Shown here: piece after piece, positions 51,563 through 61,406 of the stretch
Numbering within the stretch: the stretch's first letter is position 1
Layout of the letters: each line of letters opens with the position of its first letter
Origin: Paludibacteraceae bacterium
GTDB lineage: Bacteria > Bacteroidota > Bacteroidia > Bacteroidales > Paludibacteraceae
Assembly: GCA_017461505.1 (NCBI GenBank)
Contig: JAFTXV010000004.1
Span: forward strand, 13,490 to 77,489
Length of the DNA: 64,000 nt
Reading direction: 5' to 3'
Made by a program: the position numbers and the translations under genes
The notes under the pieces: model-generated
What the model saw: only the letters and a program-made list of their open reading frames with translations
The model's database searches: none
What the model was told of the DNA's origin: nothing

Positions 51563-51601
51563 ATTGCTTGTATTTTTAAAGTTTGCACAATTTATCGGGT
51601 G

Positions 51602-51633
51602 CAAAGTTACTACAAATTTTTGAATCTTGCAAG
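51602..51633 (-). promoter_or_regulatory. Promoter of the phospho-sugar mutase gene
   Basis: The minus strand has TAacTTTG at 51609-51602 and CTTG at 51633-51630 with a 20-nt spacer. Confidence 0.7.
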
Positions 51634-51718
51634 GAAATAGGAGAAAAAATGGATTGATATGAAGTATGAGTGGAATAGATATGTGACAGGAATGGAAGAG
51701 AACAAGGGAAATTGGTGG

Positions 51719-53701
51719 TTATCGCACGTTCTGCAAAATGCCGAGCATTTTTTCTCCCAAAGCAGTCTTTCGTTCAATATGTTCCAACACAGCTTTTACA
51801 AATGAATTCGATTCAAATTTTCCACGAACCTCCTCAAAATCAGCTGCCATTTGTTCACGGTCTCCATCCACACCAAAACCTGTTTGGCTATTTAAGTCAA
51901 ACTCTTTTCGTGCATCGTTGTAAACCATATTATCCAAAGCAACCACAGCTTTTTGCCATTCAGAAATGGTTCGTTTGATTTGTGGCAAAGTCACTTTATC
52001 CACAGAACAGCCCCAAATCTTCTCTAGTCGCTCAAGCGCCCATGTCCATTCGTAAGAGTAATAATTGGCATGCATCTCTTGTAATCTCGCTTGGATCGTT
52101 TCGAGGGAATGAGCATCACGTTCTATTTCGTCTAGTAGTTTGGTGACTTCCGATTTTGGTGCAATCATACCAGCAAGATCCACCCAATCACCTAGTCCTA
52201 TATTGCTATCAGGCAACAAGATAGCTCGAATTTCTTCTATTGTTTGGAAGTTTTTGTTTTCCAATCGACTAATCAAACTATTGCCAAGGAATTTTTGAAT
52301 TCCAATCTTATATAATTCTCGTCCATGGCGGAGAGAGGAGTTGCGTATTTTGCAGTTTTTATAGCCATACACCTCTGTATTTTCGCCACTTAGCGTAGTT
52401 AGTTCCTCTAGGATTTCCGCGCCAGTCCACATCTTTTGTACCGTATATGGACTCAAGAGATTGAAGTTGATTTGATCCAACTTTTGACTATCGGTTCTGT
52501 TGTCACGCTTTGGCCATTTTTGCGCATCACGGATAGTTCCCACTGTTCGCAGATTAGCTCCTGGAACTAGATAACTCTCGGAATTATTTTCTATTAGATA
52601 AGAGAATGGCAGGTTGGATGTGTCTGCGTGGTGGGTATGTCGTCCCATAACGAGCGAGAATGCTCCAATCTTGCTAGGCCATAGCAAGTAACTATCACTA
52701 GTCGTTTTGGCACCGCGCTCAGCAACACCTTGGTGAATAGGACCTAGTTTATACATATGGTTGGACTGGTTGCTTCCTGAACCTGCATTGAGGAAAGAGA
52801 ACATACCCGCAATCAAAAGCGTGGACTTGTGGTGCGTGACTGTATAAGGTCCCGCAAAAATAGCACACGCTTCTCCGTGCATACCTTGACAGTTGCTAAA
52901 AAAGAGTGATTCGCTCGCGGAATAATGTTTATCAAAGACACATCCTTGTCCCACAAAACATTTGTCAACAAGTGTAGAATCATCAATCTTGACTCCAGAA
53001 CAGATGATAAAGTCGGAACATTTCACGCCACTTCCAAGACGGACAGGCGCCAGATCATTGGAGTTGACACTACCATTTTTGAGGCGGCTAACGCCAATTA
53101 ATTCGGCATAATCTCCAATTCTGACATTCTTAATACTTCCGCAATTGATAATGCGTACATGTTGCCCAATCTCTCCCACTTCTGAAGTCTGTTTTTCCGC
53201 ATAGGCGTCAATGAGCATTTCGACTTGCTTGATCATTTGTGGGCGATGGCGATAGAGAGTTAGGATATATGCTAAACTAGCTGATAAACAATCGAATATA
53301 GGAATCTCACGGCCACCTCCTTCGTTCATCACAGGCACACGCACACCATTACCGAACGAAGAAATGCCATCTACAAGAATGGCATTGACATTCTCAATAC
53401 AAGTGCCATCACCTATGCGATAGTTTGCGATGTAATTGTGGATATTATACAAGCGTACATCGTTACCTATTTCGCAATTATGCAAGGTAGCATGGTAGAT
53501 ACCTGAATGTACGCTCAGCCCTCCCGGCAAGATTGTTTCACGTGCAAAGATACCTAATCGATTATGTCCAGAAAAACGGACATCATGAATATATTGTGTA
53601 TCAAATCCTTCTGCTACTTCAATCCATTTCCAATCAGTAGCAGAACACCCCTGCGCTTGAAGTAGTGATATTTCGTTAGGAGTTAAAGATCTATATGTCA
53701 T
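51719..53701 (-). CDS. DUF4954-like protein (N-terminal left-handed beta-helix-like region, helical C-terminus), function unknown
   Basis: The ORF is trimmed to MTYRSLTPNEISLLQAQGC (ATG at 53701), because the upstream extension overlaps the polA 3' end. The family name is from memory and not verified. Confidence 0.55.
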   Translation of the reverse strand: MTYRSLTPNEISLLQAQGCSATDWKWIEVAEGFDTQYIHDVRFSGHNRLGIFARETILPGGLSVHSGIYHATLHNCEIGNDVRLYNIHNYIANYRIGDGTCIENVNAILVDGISSFGNGVRVPVMNEGGGREIPIFDCLSASLAYILTLYRHRPQMIKQVEMLIDAYAEKQTSEVGEIGQHVRIINCGSIKNVRIGDYAELIGVSRLKNGSVNSNDLAPVRLGSGVKCSDFIICSGVKIDDSTLVDKCFVGQGCVFDKHYSASESLFFSNCQGMHGEACAIFAGPYTVTHHKSTLLIAGMFSFLNAGSGSNQSNHMYKLGPIHQGVAERGAKTTSDSYLLWPSKIGAFSLVMGRHTHHADTSNLPFSYLIENNSESYLVPGANLRTVGTIRDAQKWPKRDNRTDSQKLDQINFNLLSPYTVQKMWTGAEILEELTTLSGENTEVYGYKNCKIRNSSLRHGRELYKIGIQKFLGNSLISRLENKNFQTIEEIRAILLPDSNIGLGDWVDLAGMIAPKSEVTKLLDEIERDAHSLETIQARLQEMHANYYSYEWTWALERLEKIWGCSVDKVTLPQIKRTISEWQKAVVALDNMVYNDARKEFDLNSQTGFGVDGDREQMAADFEEVRGKFESNSFVKAVLEHIERKTALGEKMLGILQNVR

Positions 53702-53726
53702 ATGAATATAATACTTTATCCGATGA

Positions 53727-56069
53727 TTAATGTGCTTGGAGCCAGTTGGTACCGACACCGCAGTCAGCAATGAGAGGTACGGTGAGATGCACTACATTCT
53801 GCATCTCACTAACCACTATTTCACGAACCTTATCTACCTCATTTTGAGGGACATTGAAGTTCAACTCATCGTGCACCTGCATAATCATTTGTGCCTTTAG
53901 TCCCTCCTCTTTCAGGCGTCGATGGATAGTGACCATTGCCATCTTGATAATATCCGCAGCTGTACCTTGGATAGGAGAATTGACTGCGTTGCGCTCGGCA
54001 AAGGAGCGGACTGTAGCATTATGTGACAAGATATCAGGGAGATAGCGTTTGCGTCCGAAGAGTGTAACCGCATAGCCCTGTTCACGGGCGAGTTGTTTTT
54101 GTTGCTCGATATAGTCAATCACACCTGGGAATGCAGCAAAATAGCCGTCGATGAGTGCTTTTGCCTCAGAACGAGAGCAGTCGAGTTGTTGGGCTAGGCC
54201 AAAGGCAGAAATACCATAAATAATACCGAAATTGGCCGTTTTGGCTTGTCTGCGTTGGTCTTTTGTGACATTTTCGATAGGTACATTGAATATCTTAGCC
54301 GCAGTTGCCGCGTGGATATCTTGCCCTGATCGGAATGCCTCAACAAGATGTGGATCCTGCGAGAAATGAGCCATAAGGCGCAGTTCAATCTGCGAATAAT
54401 CGGCAGAGAGGAAGAGGCATCCCTCATCAGGAATCACAGCCTGACGAATGAGTTGTCCGCGCTCGGAACGGATGGGAAGATTCTGAAGATTAGGGTTGGA
54501 GGAGGATAGTCGTCCCGTAGCCGTAACCGTCTGGTTATAAGTAGTATGAATCTTCCCAGTGGTAGGATTGATATAAGTTGGCAGGGCAGAGATATAGGTA
54601 GAAATCAGTTTCTTGAGTTCGCGGTAAGCGAGGATCATTCCTACCACAGGATGCTTGGGTTTGAGGGCAAGCAGTACTTCCTCAGAAGTGGAATATTGTC
54701 CGTTCTTAGATTTTTTCGCTTTGGCATCAAGTTGCAGTTGGTCGAAAAGCACCTCTCCTACTTGCTTTGGCGAATTGATATTGAAGGTTGTTGAGGCAGA
54801 TGTATATATCTGTTGCTCAAGGGTTTGCAGTTCCTCATTGAGTTGAGTCTCCGCCTGCTTGAGCATAGGTACATCAATGCGTACACCCGCCTGCTCCATC
54901 TCGCGAAGGATGGCGGAAAGTGGCAGTTCGACCTCTTGGTAGAGGTTCCAAAGCGAAGAATCAGCCTTCAGCGCATCCCAGTTTATCGGTTGATTAGGAT
55001 TGAAAGCCACCTCAGGATTCAACAAATAACTTACTAGCCGTCCCTCTACCGAATCACTTGTATCGTTCGGTAAGCCTTCGGTATCGTTTCGGAGTGGTAA
55101 CGGAGTGGTAACGGGATTGATAGATGCAAAGAGGTCAAGAGTAGCTTCGGTCTTCGTGGATTTTTTGGAGCCTATCCCACCCCTCCTTGAAGGGAGGGAG
55201 TTTTGTTGATTGGGAGCTTGTTTGAGAAGAGAATTGAACTCTAGCTCTCTGTACAAAGGTGCCAACTTATCCCAGTTTTTCTCCTGATACACAAGCGATT
55301 GCGCATCAAAATCTATTGGGACATCGGTTTTGATAGTCGCTAAGAAATAGGAGAAACGAATATCCTCCACTTGCTCCTGCACTTTGCGTTGAAGGGCACC
55401 CTTTAGTTGGTCGGTATTGGCAAGCAGATTATCAATCGAACCGAACTGTTGCAAGAGTTGCACAGCCGTTTTCTCTCCCACTCCTTTACAGCCAGGGATA
55501 TTATCACTACTATCGCCCATCAGTCCGAGCAGGTCAATCACTTGCGATTGATTTTGCAATCCATATTTTTCGCACACCTCTTGTGGGCCGAGCTTTTCAA
55601 ATCCTCCAGTATGGCGTGGACGATACATAAAAATATGTTCCGAAACAAGCTGACCATAGTCTTTGTCGGGTGTAGCCATATAGACCTCAAATCCCTCTTT
55701 CTCGGCCTTGTGTGCGAGTGTGCCAATCAGGTCATCTGCCTCGTATCCAGATACTTCAAGCACAGGCACATTCATTGCTTGGAGAATCTGTTTGATACGA
55801 GGGACAGCCCAACGTATATCCTCCGGAGTCTCTTGTCGTTGCGCCTTGTATTGCTCAAATGCCTCGTGGCGGAAAGTAGGACCTACGGGGTCAAAAGCCA
55901 CCGCTATATGACTGGGTTTGAGACGCTTAAGCAAGTCTTCGAAGGTAACTATAAAGCCAAAAATTGCTGAGGTATTTTCCCCGCGCGAGTTCATACGAGG
56001 TGCGCGAATGAAAGCGTAGTACGCGCGATAAATCATCGCATACGCATCTATGAGGAGGAGAGTTTTCAT
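53727..56069 (-). CDS. polA: DNA polymerase I with 5'-nuclease and polymerase domains but only a vestigial 3'-5' exonuclease region
   Basis: 780 aa. The 5'-3' exonuclease motifs include LLIDAYAMIYRAYYA and GDSSDNIPG. The family A polymerase motifs include DYSQIELR, RRQAKTANFGIIYG and QVHDEL. Only about 85 aa lie between the two domains. Confidence 0.93.
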   Translation of the reverse strand: MKTLLLIDAYAMIYRAYYAFIRAPRMNSRGENTSAIFGFIVTFEDLLKRLKPSHIAVAFDPVGPTFRHEAFEQYKAQRQETPEDIRWAVPRIKQILQAMNVPVLEVSGYEADDLIGTLAHKAEKEGFEVYMATPDKDYGQLVSEHIFMYRPRHTGGFEKLGPQEVCEKYGLQNQSQVIDLLGLMGDSSDNIPGCKGVGEKTAVQLLQQFGSIDNLLANTDQLKGALQRKVQEQVEDIRFSYFLATIKTDVPIDFDAQSLVYQEKNWDKLAPLYRELEFNSLLKQAPNQQNSLPSRRGGIGSKKSTKTEATLDLFASINPVTTPLPLRNDTEGLPNDTSDSVEGRLVSYLLNPEVAFNPNQPINWDALKADSSLWNLYQEVELPLSAILREMEQAGVRIDVPMLKQAETQLNEELQTLEQQIYTSASTTFNINSPKQVGEVLFDQLQLDAKAKKSKNGQYSTSEEVLLALKPKHPVVGMILAYRELKKLISTYISALPTYINPTTGKIHTTYNQTVTATGRLSSSNPNLQNLPIRSERGQLIRQAVIPDEGCLFLSADYSQIELRLMAHFSQDPHLVEAFRSGQDIHAATAAKIFNVPIENVTKDQRRQAKTANFGIIYGISAFGLAQQLDCSRSEAKALIDGYFAAFPGVIDYIEQQKQLAREQGYAVTLFGRKRYLPDILSHNATVRSFAERNAVNSPIQGTAADIIKMAMVTIHRRLKEEGLKAQMIMQVHDELNFNVPQNEVDKVREIVVSEMQNVVHLTVPLIADCGVGTNWLQAH
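55168..55200. repeat. GC-rich hairpin/G-run micro-element, copy in polA (on the minus strand, sense to the gene)
   Basis: The reverse complement reads ctccctcccttcaaggaggggtgggataggctc. It encodes SLPSRRGGIGS in the PolA inter-domain linker. Confidence 0.8.
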
Positions 56070-56098
56070 AATTAGAATTATGAATTAAGAATTTTGAA

Positions 56099-56761
56099 TT
56101 ACCACGCAATCGGAGACTGTCCGTGTTGTAGTAAGTAGTTATTAGCTTGAGAGAAATGTCCGCAACCAATAAACCCGCGATACGCACTCAGAGGACTAGG
56201 ATGGACAGTGGTGAGCACAAGATGACGCTTGCGGTCGATGAACTGCCCTTTGCGTTGCGCATAACTTCCCCAAAGCATGAAAACGATGTTCTCTCGCTGA
56301 TTATTAAGCGCTTGTATGGCAGCATCGGTAAGTTCTTCCCACCCTTTTCCTTGGTGACTACCCGCACGGTGTGCCTCCACAGTGAGGGTAGCATTGAGTA
56401 AAAGGACACCCTGCTCTGCCCAATGGGTAAGATTGCCAGAAGTAGGGATTGGCTTGCCAAGATCACGATTAAGTTCCTTGTAAATATTCTCTAACGAAGG
56501 CGGAATACGTACGCCATCTTGCACGGAGAAACAAAGTCCATGTGCCTGATTAACATCATGATACGGGTCTTGACCAATAATCACCACGCGCACTTTATCA
56601 AACGGGCAAAGGTCAAATGCGCGGAAGATCTGCCCAGCGGGTGGGAAACATTGCGTAGTACGATAAGCTTGGCGCACAAAATCGGTCAGCAACTCGAAAT
56701 ATGGTTTGTCGAATTCGGGTTGCAACACTTGTCGCCAACTCTCATCAATACGTACATTCAT
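56099..56761 (-). CDS. ung: Uracil-DNA glycosylase
   Basis: 220 aa. Motifs include GQDPYH and HPSPLS. Confidence 0.95.
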   Translation of the reverse strand: MNVRIDESWRQVLQPEFDKPYFELLTDFVRQAYRTTQCFPPAGQIFRAFDLCPFDKVRVVIIGQDPYHDVNQAHGLCFSVQDGVRIPPSLENIYKELNRDLGKPIPTSGNLTHWAEQGVLLLNATLTVEAHRAGSHQGKGWEELTDAAIQALNNQRENIVFMLWGSYAQRKGQFIDRKRHLVLTTVHPSPLSAYRGFIGCGHFSQANNYLLQHGQSPIAW

Positions 56762-56767
56762 AGCTCT

Positions 56768-57874
56768 TTAGTCTTTCAGAATGAGCATCGCATCGCCATA
56801 GTCACCAAAACGATAACCCTCTTTGACCGCCTCTTTATATGCCTTCATTACCACATCATGCTCGCCGAATGCAGTAACCATCATCAATTGAGAAGACATT
56901 GGCATGTAGAAGTTCACGAAGAAAGCGTTGGCAACGGTGAAATCATATGGAGGATAGATGAACTTATTGGTCCATCCTTCATATGCTTTGATTTGTCCGT
57001 TAGTACCCACCACATGCTCTAGCGCACGCATTACCTCAGTACCAACTGCACAAACACGGTTATTGTTGGCATGTGCCTTATCTACAGCAGCGACCAATTG
57101 AGGAGAAATACTAATTTGCTCGCTCTCCACTTTGTGTTTAGATAAGTCTTCCACATCCACGGATTTGAAGTTACCTAATCCCATATGCGAAGTTAGGGTA
57201 TATACATTTACCCCACGAATCTCTAAACGCTTGAGAAGGTTTTTCGAGAAATGCATACCCGCAGCAGGTGCAGCAACTGCACCAATCTTCTCCGCAAATA
57301 CAGTTTGATAGCGCTCTTCATCCATCTCATCTACGGGCAGGTCACCAAAGACCTCTTCGTATTTCTCTTGGTTTTCTTCATCCATTGGACGATGAATATA
57401 TTTTGGCAATGGTGTTACGCCCATTGCATAGAGGTGCTGCACAAAGTCATCTCCCTCATAATCTGTCAAGAAACGCAAGGTACGACCGCGAGAGGTGGTA
57501 TTATCAATCACTTCTGCGACAATGGTAGCATCTTCATCAAAGAACAACTTATTACCAATACGAATTTTGCGCGCAGGATCCACCAACACATCCCAGTAGC
57601 GATTCTCATGTTGCAATTCACGCAACAAGAAGACCTCAATATTCGCTAACGTTTTCTCCTTTTGTGCATATAAGCGAGCTGGGAAGACCTTGGTATCGTT
57701 GGCAATCACCACATCATCTTCGTCGAAATACGAAGCAAAATCAGTCATCATCTTATGCTCAATAACACCTGTTTTGGTGTGCAATACCAACAATCGAGCA
57801 TCATCACGAAAACGACTTGGAAACTGAGCGATTTGCTCCTCTGGTAATTTGAATTTGAAGTTACTTAATTTCAT
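56768..57874 (-). CDS. queA: S-adenosylmethionine:tRNA ribosyltransferase-isomerase
   Basis: 368 aa. It has the QueA N-terminus [19 protein letters not shown] and full-length similarity. Confidence 0.95.
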   Translation of the reverse strand: MKLSNFKFKLPEEQIAQFPSRFRDDARLLVLHTKTGVIEHKMMTDFASYFDEDDVVIANDTKVFPARLYAQKEKTLANIEVFLLRELQHENRYWDVLVDPARKIRIGNKLFFDEDATIVAEVIDNTTSRGRTLRFLTDYEGDDFVQHLYAMGVTPLPKYIHRPMDEENQEKYEEVFGDLPVDEMDEERYQTVFAEKIGAVAAPAAGMHFSKNLLKRLEIRGVNVYTLTSHMGLGNFKSVDVEDLSKHKVESEQISISPQLVAAVDKAHANNNRVCAVGTEVMRALEHVVGTNGQIKAYEGWTNKFIYPPYDFTVANAFFVNFYMPMSSQLMMVTAFGEHDVVMKAYKEAVKEGYRFGDYGDAMLILKD

Positions 57875-58556
57875 TATCTATCAAAGTTGTAAATTGTTCA
57901 AATGTCATGCAATCCTCTACACGAATATCCCCCACTCTTGTTCTTCGCAGTGCAATCAAATGTGCTCCACTATTCAAGCGCTGACCGATGTCGCGTGCCA
58001 GCGCACGGATATATGTACCTTTGGAGCACACGATACGCAAGGTCAATTGCATCTTTAGCTCGTCAAACTCCAGAATCTCAATCTCATCAATCACCAGCAG
58101 TTTGGCTTTCAGTTCCACCTCTTCACCCTGTCGAGCTAACTTATACGCACGTTTGCCGTCCACCTTAACAGCAGAAAACATAGGTGGTACCTGCCATTGT
58201 TCGCCTTCGAACGTAGGGATTACTTCCTCAATCAAGGCGCGCGTAATATGACCCGTTGGATAGGTGGCATCAATCTCCTTTTCGAGATCAAAACTTGGCG
58301 TAGTTGCACCTAATTGTAAAGTTGCAACGTACTCTTTTTGGTGGGCTTGCAGTTGGTCTATTAGTTTGGTCTTCTTACCTGTACAAACCACGACAACCCC
58401 TGTGGCCAATGGATCAAGTGTTCCAGAATGACCTACCTTGAGTTTTTTTACTCCTAATCTATTGCACAACAGCCATCTAGCCTTACCCACGACATCAAAA
58501 CTAGTCCAGCGATAGGGCTTATCAAATGCCAATATTTCTCCCTCAACAAAGTCCAT
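57861..58556 (-). CDS. truB: tRNA pseudouridine(55) synthase TruB
   Basis: The ORF is trimmed to [14 protein letters not shown]. The catalytic motif is [13 protein letters not shown]. Confidence 0.93.
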   Translation of the reverse strand: MDFVEGEILAFDKPYRWTSFDVVGKARWLLCNRLGVKKLKVGHSGTLDPLATGVVVVCTGKKTKLIDQLQAHQKEYVATLQLGATTPSFDLEKEIDATYPTGHITRALIEEVIPTFEGEQWQVPPMFSAVKVDGKRAYKLARQGEEVELKAKLLVIDEIEILEFDELKMQLTLRIVCSKGTYIRALARDIGQRLNSGAHLIALRRTRVGDIRVEDCMTFEQFTTLIDNEIK

Positions 58557-59349
58557 ATACAATAGCAAACACACCCATACAGAGGCAATAGATTGCGAAA
58601 TAAATCAATTTTTGTTTACGTACTATGTTAATCATGAACTTACATGCCAAACAGCCCGATGCAAATGCTGCGACAAAACCCACCAGCATTGGCACTAGTC
58701 CCAGCGAACTAACCACTTCGCCACTTAACAAATCGAGCAACTCCAAAAAGGCTTCGCCTAAAATTGGTATCAACACCATCAAGAATGAGAACTTGGTCAC
58801 ACTCTCCTTCTTCACGCCACACAGCAATCCCGTAGCAATAGTCGTTCCACTACGGCTCAATCCGGGTAATACTGCAACCGCTTGAGACAAACCAATGATA
58901 ATCGCATCCTTGTAGCCAACTTCATGTCCCATGCCCTCACGACGCTTACTCAACCATTCACTGAAATACAGCAAGATAGCTGTCACACATAAGCAAATAC
59001 CCACTAGCAACAAACCACTACCAAAGAAACTCTCCACTTGCTCTTTGAAGAACATTCCAACTACAAAAACAGGAATCATTGATACCAAAATCATGGCCAC
59101 ATAATTCTTGTCTTCGTTCCATTTTGTTGTTGTAAATGTACCCTTAAAGAGTTGAGCAACTTCTTTCCACAAGATTGCCAGTGTAGAAAGTACAGTGGCC
59201 GTATGAACAACGATTGCGAAGGTAAGATTCTCTTCGCCTGCGGTGCCTAGCAAAGCCTGGCCTATCTCCAAATGTCCCGATGAGGATACTGGCAAAAACT
59301 CCGTCAAGCCTTGTATAATGCCTAAAACCAATGCTTCCCACCAACTCAT
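58543..59349 (-). CDS. uppP: Undecaprenyl-diphosphate phosphatase (BacA/UppP)
   Basis: 268 aa. Motifs include [14 protein letters not shown] and [10 protein letters not shown]. Confidence 0.93.
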   Translation of the reverse strand: MSWWEALVLGIIQGLTEFLPVSSSGHLEIGQALLGTAGEENLTFAIVVHTATVLSTLAILWKEVAQLFKGTFTTTKWNEDKNYVAMILVSMIPVFVVGMFFKEQVESFFGSGLLLVGICLCVTAILLYFSEWLSKRREGMGHEVGYKDAIIIGLSQAVAVLPGLSRSGTTIATGLLCGVKKESVTKFSFLMVLIPILGEAFLELLDLLSGEVVSSLGLVPMLVGFVAAFASGCLACKFMINIVRKQKLIYFAIYCLCMGVFAIVYGLC

Positions 59350-59564
59350 TTCTTACGAGGCTTGTATAATATAGCTACGATCATTGCCAAAAATCCAAAC
59401 AACGCAATCATCGGGCCTATTGTAATACGACGAAAAGAAAAAATATCTGGATTATACTCCGTTGCGCCACTGGGTTCACCTACCATCAACGCAAAACCAA
59501 TCACCACAACAACTAAACTAATGGCGATTAAGATAGCATTTATTTTCGGAAGATTATATTTCAT
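59346..59564 (-). CDS. Small two-TM membrane protein (DUF3098-like)
   Basis: 72 aa with two hydrophobic helices. It lies in the conserved position between ftsX and uppP. Confidence 0.6.
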   Translation of the reverse strand: MKYNLPKINAILIAISLVVVVIGFALMVGEPSGATEYNPDIFSFRRITIGPMIALFGFLAMIVAILYKPRKK

Positions 59565-60414
59565 ACAACTTATTGGTTTTCATTCGAATATATCTATTGG
59601 TTGCAGCTAGAGAAGCCAAGAAAGTGATTATCAATCCAGTCAGCACAATAATCGCAATCAAAAATACAATATTCTTAGTATTCAACGAGAACAACATCAC
59701 GCCCAAACGGTTCGCACAAGAATAATACGCCAATGCCAACATACCACATGCCACCACAGCCGCTTCCAGACCCATAAGGATATTACGACGTATAAACGGC
59801 CACTTAATCACCCATGGCGTAGCACCAACTAGGCGCATCGTATTGATTAAAAAGCGCTTTGAATATACCTGCAATTGAATGGTATTGCTAATTAGCACTA
59901 ATGCAATCACCAACAAAGCTAGTCCTATTACCAACAAGATCAAGGACGCCTCTCCCAAGTTCTTATCCAAGGTTTTTAACACATCTTCCTGATAAAGAAC
60001 TTTATTCACATAGGGTAACGTTAACAACTGCTGCTCTATTTGCACGACACTATCAGATTGCGCATAAGTAGCATTCAAATGTACTTCAAACGCATCTGTT
60101 AATGGATTATAACCTAGAAATTTCTGGGGGTCCTCACCTAGATTATCAATATGCTCTTGAAGAGCTTCTTCCTTTGTGATATAACGAAAATCCAGCACAT
60201 AGGGAGCACTTGATATTACGCGTTGCATACGAGTTAATTCATCTGCGGTGGTTTCTTCTTGCAGTACGATTGTCAATACCACATTCTCACGCACATAACG
60301 AATCAACTCACGTGCCGACATCAACATCACGCACTCCAATCCTACCAAAAACAACACCAACGATATAGACATCGTTGTGGTAAAATACATATTGAATATA
60401 CTACGACTTTTCAT
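59554..60414 (-). CDS. ftsX: FtsX-like cell division permease
   Basis: 286 aa with FtsX topology: TM1, a large periplasmic loop and three C-terminal TM helices. No ftsE is adjacent. Confidence 0.8.
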   Translation of the reverse strand: MKSRSIFNMYFTTTMSISLVLFLVGLECVMLMSARELIRYVRENVVLTIVLQEETTADELTRMQRVISSAPYVLDFRYITKEEALQEHIDNLGEDPQKFLGYNPLTDAFEVHLNATYAQSDSVVQIEQQLLTLPYVNKVLYQEDVLKTLDKNLGEASLILLVIGLALLVIALVLISNTIQLQVYSKRFLINTMRLVGATPWVIKWPFIRRNILMGLEAAVVACGMLALAYYSCANRLGVMLFSLNTKNIVFLIAIIVLTGLIITFLASLAATNRYIRMKTNKLYEI

Positions 60415-60465
60415 TATATGGAAGAAAGGGCAGGTGATGTCACCCGCCCTAAAGTACTCTTCTAA

Positions 60466-61398
60466 TTAATACTCCCACAAATCTTGTTCGGCGCTCAACA
60501 ACTCCCACTCTATACGCTCTTGCTCCTTCTTAATCTCCTCTGGAGTAGTCGCAATTTCAGGTATCATACGACCGTACACATTGTTAGCTCCCACAAGGTA
60601 AGACGTGTACAACTTTTGGGCAAAGAAGTCGTCAAATGTTACGCGTTTGGTATCATTACCACGAGGAGTAACATACTGTTGCGCCATGTATGGACGGAAT
60701 GCATCAAATGGCACCCAGAACAAGATTTGTCCATAAAGCGCATCCATAATTGGCATATCCTCGTAATAGGTCACATTATCCGAGTGCATTGGCGCAATCG
60801 CTAGAATTTTAGAATACATGCGAGAATAGTGCTTATCGAAGAAGACTACCTCTTGAATCATATACTTCAACTGATTACGTACAAAACTCTCATAGGAATA
60901 ACCATTGAAGCTCATCTTACCTGTGATAGAATCATAGTTGAGAAGCATATACTCTGATGTGGCTATATTACCATCACCATACCCCTCACGATCAGTGTTC
61001 AAGATAGTAGGAATCAATTCCTTTGGCATTGCACCCAAATTAAAATAAGGTTTGATATCACCTACCGTATTAGATTTCTCATATACAGGCATACCTTGTT
61101 CGATAGCGCGCAACAAAGTTCTAAACAACGAACTATACTGAGGATCCTCAGAAGTAAGAGGGGTGTATAATTGGTAATTTTGTTTTAGACGCATATCTAC
61201 AATACGATACACAATACGTGACCATACCACATCATCTGCACGGTGAGAAATGCTTACCAACGTATCAGAAGACTCCTGCAACTCCTGAGTCTCTAAACGA
61301 ACGATACCCATGTCGTCAAAAAACGAATTTACTTGATGCTGTGCATAACTCATTACGCTCGCCAACATCACAATAGCTAAAATACTGATTTTCTTCAT
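60466..61398 (-). CDS. gldN: Type IX secretion system ring protein GldN/PorN
   Basis: 310 aa with a signal peptide. It has the GldN-type segment HRADDVVWSRIVYRIVDMRLKQNYQLYTP and follows gldM. Confidence 0.8.
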   Translation of the reverse strand: MKKISILAIVMLASVMSYAQHQVNSFFDDMGIVRLETQELQESSDTLVSISHRADDVVWSRIVYRIVDMRLKQNYQLYTPLTSEDPQYSSLFRTLLRAIEQGMPVYEKSNTVGDIKPYFNLGAMPKELIPTILNTDREGYGDGNIATSEYMLLNYDSITGKMSFNGYSYESFVRNQLKYMIQEVVFFDKHYSRMYSKILAIAPMHSDNVTYYEDMPIMDALYGQILFWVPFDAFRPYMAQQYVTPRGNDTKRVTFDDFFAQKLYTSYLVGANNVYGRMIPEIATTPEEIKKEQERIEWELLSAEQDLWEY

Positions 61399-61406
61399 AA
61401 TACGTA

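Noticed and set aside
53727-56069. polA as a pseudogene because of its short length
   Set aside because: It is a single uninterrupted ORF with all 5'-nuclease and family A polymerase motifs intact. The missing part is a clean in-frame absence of the exonuclease domain, reported as a finding instead.
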